Positions 9,461 to 14,880 of a stretch of DNA of 14,880 nt are shown in pieces. The position numbers were made by a program, and so were the translations under genes. The notes under the pieces are model-generated. The model did no database searches, was not told the DNA's origin, and saw only the letters and a program-made list of their open reading frames with translations. The first letter of the stretch is position 1. Each line of letters starts with the position of its first letter. Source of the stretch: the human T2T-CHM13v2.0 reference genome, Homo sapiens; the NCBI RefSeq assembly GCF_009914755.1, contig NC_060929.1; one strand, given 5' to 3'.

Positions 9461-9885
9461 GTGTGCTGTACTGTGGGCCCTCTGGAGCAGCAGTATTCAC
9501 TCAGCTCTTTTAGGTTCTGAGAAGCCCTCAGTTATAGATTCTGCTGAATCCTATCAGTGCCTGGAGTCAAGTGAGACAGAAACTTGGACTGCCCACTAAA
9601 ATTCAGGAACTTTGGATGCATTTTACTCTCTCTTTCCCTCATGAGAGAGAGAGTGCTGAGCTGAGTTTCTCTCTGTGTGCTGTATCACAGGTCCTGAGGA
9701 GCATCAGCCCGCCACCCAGCTCTTTATTATTCTGAGCTGCCCTCAGGATTTTAGAATATGCCAGGTTCCATCAGTGCTCTGAGATATGCAAGACAGCTCC
9801 CCTGAAAAGTCAGAACACTGAATGCATGCTTTACTTTCTCTTTCCCTTCTCAGGGAGAAGACAGGAGCTGGGAATTTCCCCCTGT
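9461..9885. repeat. Diverged tandem duplication of a ~217-bp unit (2 copies plus a partial copy upstream), possibly the 5'UTR of the older antisense L1
   Basis: Unit 1 starts at 'gtgtgctgtactgtgggccctctggagcagcag...ttctgagaagccctcag...tcagtgcctggagtcaagtgagacagaaacttggactgcccactaaaattcaggaactttggatgcattttactctctctttccctcatgagagag'. Unit 2 starts at 9678 'gtgtgctgtatcacaggtcctgaggagcatcag...ttctgagctgccctcag...tcagtgctctgagatatgcaagacagctcccctgaaaagtcagaacactgaatgcatgctttactttctctttcccttctcagggagaag'. Identity between units is ~70–75% by eye. Confidence 0.5.
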
Positions 9886-11177
9886 TTGAATGGAACTGTG
9901 CTGCTGGATGGGACTATAGGGAAAGTGCCCCAGAAAAGTGCCCAGCTAGTTTTACACTTGCTTGGAGCCCAGGACCCTCTTAACTGGTTTCGGCACTTAT
10001 CACCATGGGAATTGGTCCTTGTATTGTTGTTGAGTTGGTATACCTGTGGAGGGTCTGGGGATTCCTATAACAGCATCTTGCTGATGTCACTACCTCTGTT
10101 ATCTTTTTAAGCTATATATGCTTTTACAAATTATTTTATTGATTTCCTCTTTTGTTGATTATAACACACATCCTTGACTTATTACCTCAATTAAATCAAT
10201 AATTTTAATAATTCCAGGCAACGCTAAGACCTTGAATCATTATACCATTTACTTGTACCCTACTTTTTGTTACTGATATGCCTTTCAATTATTTATATGT
10301 TCTAGACACACAGTACATTATTATCATTGTTTTGTTAACACCTATATATGTTTCTTTCTGGGATCATTTTCCTTCTGAAGAAATTAACATTTCCTTTAGT
10401 GTGGCCTGCTGGTAAAGAAACCTTTACGTTTTTATATATCTGGAAATGTCTTAATTTTACTATCACTTTTGAGAAACAGTTTTGGGTATTGAATGAAAGT
10501 TATTTTTGCCAGCACTTTTAAGATGACATTCCATGGTCTTCTTTTGAGATGATGGCTGTCAAGTTTATTGTTCAATTAGTGTGTCTTTTTTTCTGTCTAG
10601 CTACTTTGTATACTTACTCTGTTTTTCACTTTTAACAGCTTTACTATCATGTGCCCAGTGTTAATTTGCTTTGTTTTTAATCTCGCTTGCAGTTTTCAAA
10701 GCTTCTTATATCTGTGGGTTGATAATATTTTATCAGTTTAAGAGAAGATTTAGCAGTATGCCTTCAAATACGGCTTCTACTTCATATTTTCTCTTATATT
10801 CTTCTGTGACTATAAGTACATGTATGTTAAATCTTTTCACCATATTCCTTGTCTTTTATGTGCCATTTCTGTTTTTAAATCACTTTTTCTCTTTGTTTCA
10901 TAATCCATGTTTTATTCTGACCCATCTTTTACTTTAGGAATTTTATCTTGTTATTCTAGGCCACTGTCAAAGTCATTGATTGAATTCTTAACTTGAATCG
11001 TGGCATTTTTCCATTTTAGAATTTTATTTTCCTTTTTAAAAATATATTTCTAACTTGGGTACTGGCTAATGTCAAAAGAAACTTTCCTCCCACAAAGTTT
11101 TCACTCACTTGATCTTGGATTTTAAAATCAGATATAACCTGAGAGATTATCATTTTTCTCCATTTAATAATGAATCA

Positions 11178-11453
11178 GGCCAGGCATGGTGGCTCATGCC
11201 TATAATCCCAACACCTGTGTGGGCCATGACAGGAGGATTGCTTGAGCCCAGGAGTTCAAGATGAGCCTGAGCAATATAGGGAGACTCCATCTTTACAAAA
11301 AATGAAAAAAATTAGCTAGATGTGGTGGTGCACACCTGTGGTCCCAGCTACTTGGGAGGCTGAAGTTGGAGGATGGCTTGAGCCTGAGGCTGCAATGAAC
11401 TTTGACTGTACCACTGCACTCCAGCCTCGGTCAGAGTGAGACTCTTTGTCACC
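11178..11453 (+). mobile_element. Alu (older, AluJ-like), no preserved poly-A tail
   Basis: ggccaggcatggtggctcatgcctataatcccaacac...gcccaggagttcaagatgagcctgagcaatatagggagactccatctttacaaaaaatgaaaaaaattagctagatgtggtggtgcacacctgtggtcccagctacttgggaggctgaag...ccactgcactccagcctcggtcagagtgagactctttgtcacc. Confidence 0.9.
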
Positions 11454-14169
11454 CAGTTGTATAGAATCAACTATAGGTAGAGGCATAAAAAAGATGCCTG
11501 AGATTGCATCTCTTGAATTTAGCTTCATTGTCCCTTTCTATTAAGTGAGATTATTTGACATGAACATTGATATTCACTATCTCAGGGATATGTTAGAACT
11601 ATTCTCATATTTTCTATCCACAGAGGATATATAATATGGATATTTTAGCACATTCCCTTATAGGGCAGTTATACCTTCCTCTGTGACTCATTATACAGGC
11701 AGCGCTAAGATGTGTATTATATGCTCATGGTATCCTTTCTTACTATCCTTATAATAGAATAAATTAATTTTTATACAGAATTAATTTTTGAAGAATCAAA
11801 TGACATATGTGCATAAATTATTTATACATTTTTATACAATTGCTTCAACATTTCCTCTTCTCTGCAATCTGGTATATCTATATAATTTCTATAGATAAGA
11901 GAAGAAAAATATAGCTTATTAAAATTTTATTCTGGGTTTTGTAAGGAATAAAGGACATTTGTACCCTTATGAAGATTAAATTTTCTTGTGTTAGTATATT
12001 TCTAAAGGCTTTTAGTGAATTAAATGGAGACACTTTAATATACTACACAGTTTTAAATCTAAATTTTTTTCTCAAGGAAGAACTTCTGTTTACACAATGA
12101 TGCTTAAACATGACTGAAATATCTAAAGGAGAGGTTAACTGGATCAGTCAAGAAAATAATCTGTAACATTTGATTGAAGAAAATAGCTTAGAAGAAGATT
12201 TTTTAAAATGTTCTTTTCCTGTGGAGTCTCCCATGAAATTCAGATTGGATAATCTATAGTTACTGAGAAAGGAATATTCAAAATAAGAGTTGATCACTGT
12301 AGCACAAATGCAAGTGATAATTTAAAAAGTAAATATAATTTAACAGATATGAAAGTGAATCAAAAGTCAAGAGTCTTGTTTCCTCCTGAAATATCTATAT
12401 AAGTACATGAGATATTTTTTCCAGACTGAGAGGAGCATGTGAACTGATATTGTTGATGACTTTTTCTCCATTGAGTATATCTTTTAAAATACTCAGTATT
12501 TATCATAATACTCTGCAGATTACAATGTACACATTGTTAATACTACATTGTTAATTTGCCTTTTAAATACTTAATATTTACTTTTTTCAAAGGTTATCTT
12601 TGTGTATTTTGTATAAAATTCTACTATAATTTATTCCATAGCTTTGTAGTTTTACATTATTTACTGTTATATAATAGAAAGTGGCTAACATCAGCTAATG
12701 CTGTTTTCTAAATATTTATTATCATTTTCTTATGTTTTTAACCATTGTGTATTAAAATATTTCAAAATTATCAGTATGAAAACTATTAGGCAAATAGTCT
12801 GGGAAATTGATTTGTGTTTCAACGATCCAAATATTAGTGAAAAGTCATGATAATAGAGATAGTAAAAATCTTATAAGGGAACTGGTAAATATATCTTTAA
12901 AGATTGTATCAGAAACAATTCTGTGACAATATCTTGTTTCTTTACAAGTTTGAATTCCAGAAATCAAGTGAATTTCCTCTGACTTTGCATTTTCTGGTAA
13001 TTTCTTTTTTCTTATCAAGCTATATTTTAAATGTAAAAGTATCCAACAATAGAATTGCTAATCTCTTGGTCCCTCTTGTCTTCACAGGTAAGGGATATTT
13101 TGTAATATTTAAGGAATTTTATGGAGTATATATACAAGCAGAATGTTAGCTATTTCTTCAATAGAAAACTTGGTGATATTTTCTTTTGCCCATATTTATT
13201 AAGTGAAGTTTACTAAATTTTCTAGGTCGTGTTCAAATCATACCATCCAGTAAACAGTTGGGAGATTAAAAAGTAATTAAACTAATATAAAGATAGCCTG
13301 GTTAATAAAATGATATTCTTTTCAACATGATTATATTTACTGGAACCTAAACATTTTGTGAAATAGTATGTCATATAGACAATATTAGGATTTTGACTTG
13401 TTATGTAAGTACAAAGGTATGTATTTTACAATTTTTAATAATTGCTTTATCAGTAATAGCAACTTGAAGAAATGCTATCTAGATGCTTCTAATTTGAAAA
13501 TAGTGCAAAGACGATTTACCAAAGTCGTTCTATTATGCTTTTGATTTCTAGAAAGCTGAAATATCCCCATTACAGTTTTTGAGTCAATACAAAAAGTAGA
13601 TAGGTGTTATAGATAAAGAAATAGGTTTTCATCGATTTGAAAATTAGAACTCCGAGAAGAAACTCAGGTAAGAATGCCATTAAAATAGTTTTAGTTGTTT
13701 TTGAAAATAACATCAACAAAATGTCACTATTAAACAGTGAAATTGGAATAAAAATTTGTTTTATGAGTAACACGGAGATAGCATACAAACATTCCATTGA
13801 CTAATACAGAAAAAACTCAAAAGTTTTAATTAGATATGTTTAAATAGAGATGAGAAAAGTCAAAACTTTAACTCTTAAAAGTTATTTTTATCAGTTTGGA
13901 AATATATAAACTCCTCCCTATATAAAATACACCAGCACAAATTTCTCTAGTAAGGATTGGGGTTTCATGACTTTAGATGTATTTTTCTGTAATATTTTAA
14001 TGACGCACTTATATTGACGCATTTTAAGATAGAGTTTAATGATATATTTTGACTAGAGATAAGTGATTTAAAGAATAAGAATCATGTCATTGAAAGTGAG
14101 AATACTTGAGAAATATTGACGAATATAAGCTAAATAAAGCAAAACAAAATAAAACACTTACCCTTTCAT

Positions 14170-14196
14170 CCACATGATGTCGCTGGACACCGGAAG
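14170..14196 (+). promoter_or_regulatory. Candidate PCDH promoter conserved sequence element (CSE) with CGCT core (14180–14183), ~216 bp upstream of the exon ATG; expected promoter CTCF-binding site
   Basis: 'catccacatgatgtCGCTggacaccggaagg' in a locally GC-richer patch. Clustered protocadherin promoters are TATA-less and carry a ~20-bp CSE with an invariant CGCT roughly 200 bp upstream of the start codon. The surrounding CCACATGATGTCGCT matches 12/15 of the CTCF consensus CCASYAGRKGGCRSY, judged by eye. Confidence 0.45.
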
Positions 14197-14398
14197 GTTT
14201 TTCTCCCTTCCCAGCCTCAAAGGAATACAGTGAGTAGATTTTCCTTAGACAGAAAGGAAAAGAACCTTCCATTTTTGGCTGTGCCAAGAAGCTCAGAAAG
14301 GCGATAATATAAAAAATATATAGTTAATTGGGAATTGAATTTACAAAATACATTGTGTGGTGATGCAATAGAAAGCTCATAATTGGAACGAGATTGAG

Positions 14399-14880
14399 AT
14401 GGTATATTCCCGGAGAGGAAGTCTGGGATCCCGGCTCCTGCTGCTCTGGCTTCTCCTTGCCTACTGGAAGGCAGGGAGCGGCCAGCTCCACTACTCGATC
14501 CCGGAGGAAGCCAAACACGGAACCTTCGTTGGCCGCATCGCGCAGGACCTAGGGCTGGAGCTGGCGGAGCTGGTGCCGCGCCTGTTCCGGGTGGCGTCCA
14601 AGGGCCGCGGGGACCTTCTGGAGGTAAATCTGCAGAATGGCATTTTGTTTGTGAATTCTCGGATCGACCGGGAGGAGCTGTGCCGGCGGAGGGCGGAGTG
14701 CAGCATCCACCTGGAGGTGATCGTGGACAGGCCGCTGCAGGTTTTCCATGTGGAGGTGGCAGTGAAGGACATCAATGACAATCCGCCCAGGTTCTCCAGA
14801 CAAGAACAAAGATTATTCATTTTAGAGTCAAGAATGCCAGATTCGCGGTTTCCGCTAGAGGGCGCGTCGGATTTGGATAT
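14399..14880 (+). CDS. PCDHA: Next protocadherin-alpha variable exon, 3'-partial: initiator ATG, signal peptide (14399–14482, [28 protein letters not shown]), start of EC1
   Basis: ATG at 14399 is the first in-frame ATG after a TAG at 14369–14371. Translation: [28 protein letters not shown]|[104 protein letters not shown]..., the characteristic N-terminus of human PCDHA proteins. The frame stays open to the window end. The paralog is not assignable from sequence alone. Confidence 0.93.
   Translation, partial: MVYSRRGSLGSRLLLLWLLLAYWKAGSGQLHYSIPEEAKHGTFVGRIAQDLGLELAELVPRLFRVASKGRGDLLEVNLQNGILFVNSRIDREELCRRRAECSIHLEVIVDRPLQVFHVEVAVKDINDNPPRFSRQEQRLFILESRMPDSRFPLEGASDLD

Noticed and set aside
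13905-13935. TATA-like 'ctccctatataaaatacacc' upstream of exon 2
   Set aside because: It lies ~480 bp upstream of the ATG in uniformly AT-rich DNA where such strings occur by chance. Clustered-PCDH promoters are CpG/CSE-driven and TATA-less.
14324-14820. Minus-strand ORFs 14324..14518, 14491..14820, 14549..14809 overlapping exon 2
   Set aside because: These are antisense to the clearly coding PCDHA N-terminus (signal peptide plus EC1) in GC-rich sequence, so they are composition artefacts.
1-14880. Possibility of a prokaryotic/novel defence or CRISPR-like system, as hinted in the task
   Set aside because: The window contains primate-specific Alu SINEs, L1 LINEs, a GT-AG intron boundary and cadherin-repeat exons. 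There are no direct-repeat/spacer arrays, no operon-like gene packing and no bacterial signals. The sequence is a known vertebrate neuronal adhesion-gene cluster.

Overview
This window is mammalian (primate, almost certainly human) nuclear DNA from the clustered protocadherin-alpha (PCDHA / CNR) locus. It is not a prokaryotic or phage region: it carries Alu and L1 elements, a spliceosomal donor site, and two cadherin-repeat exons in tandem. From 5' to 3' it contains: (i) the 3' ~2.2 kb of one PCDHA 'variable' exon on the + strand, running in at the window start inside EC1 and covering EC1–EC6, the transmembrane helix and the membrane-proximal cytoplasmic stub, and ending at a consensus splice donor at 2194/2195; (ii) a ~12.2 kb repeat-rich interval. 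This holds an L1M-like fragment and a young 5'-truncated L1 3' end that retains a 206-codon ORF2 tail. It also holds an older, nearly full-length antisense L1 that was interrupted by a Tigger-like Tc1/mariner DNA transposon, which in turn was hit by an Alu. In addition there are an internally deleted Alu, a (TG)n microsatellite, a ~217-bp tandemly duplicated unit and a second Alu; (iii) ~2.9 kb of apparently unique AT-rich promoter-upstream sequence with a CGCT-core conserved sequence element (CSE)-like motif ~216 bp upstream of (iv) the ATG, signal peptide and first 482 nt of the next PCDHA variable exon. The first ~165 nt of the window are ~97% identical to the homologous part of the second exon, after which identity falls sharply. 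This, plus a marked AT-rich versus GC/CpG-rich split inside exon 1, fits the gene-conversion mosaicism known for this cluster. I cannot tell from sequence alone which two adjacent paralogs (among PCDHA1–13) these are. I found no CRISPR arrays, RNA genes or bacterial-type systems. The prompt's suggestion of an undescribed system is not supported; this is a well-characterised locus, and the most interesting signals are regulatory and evolutionary.
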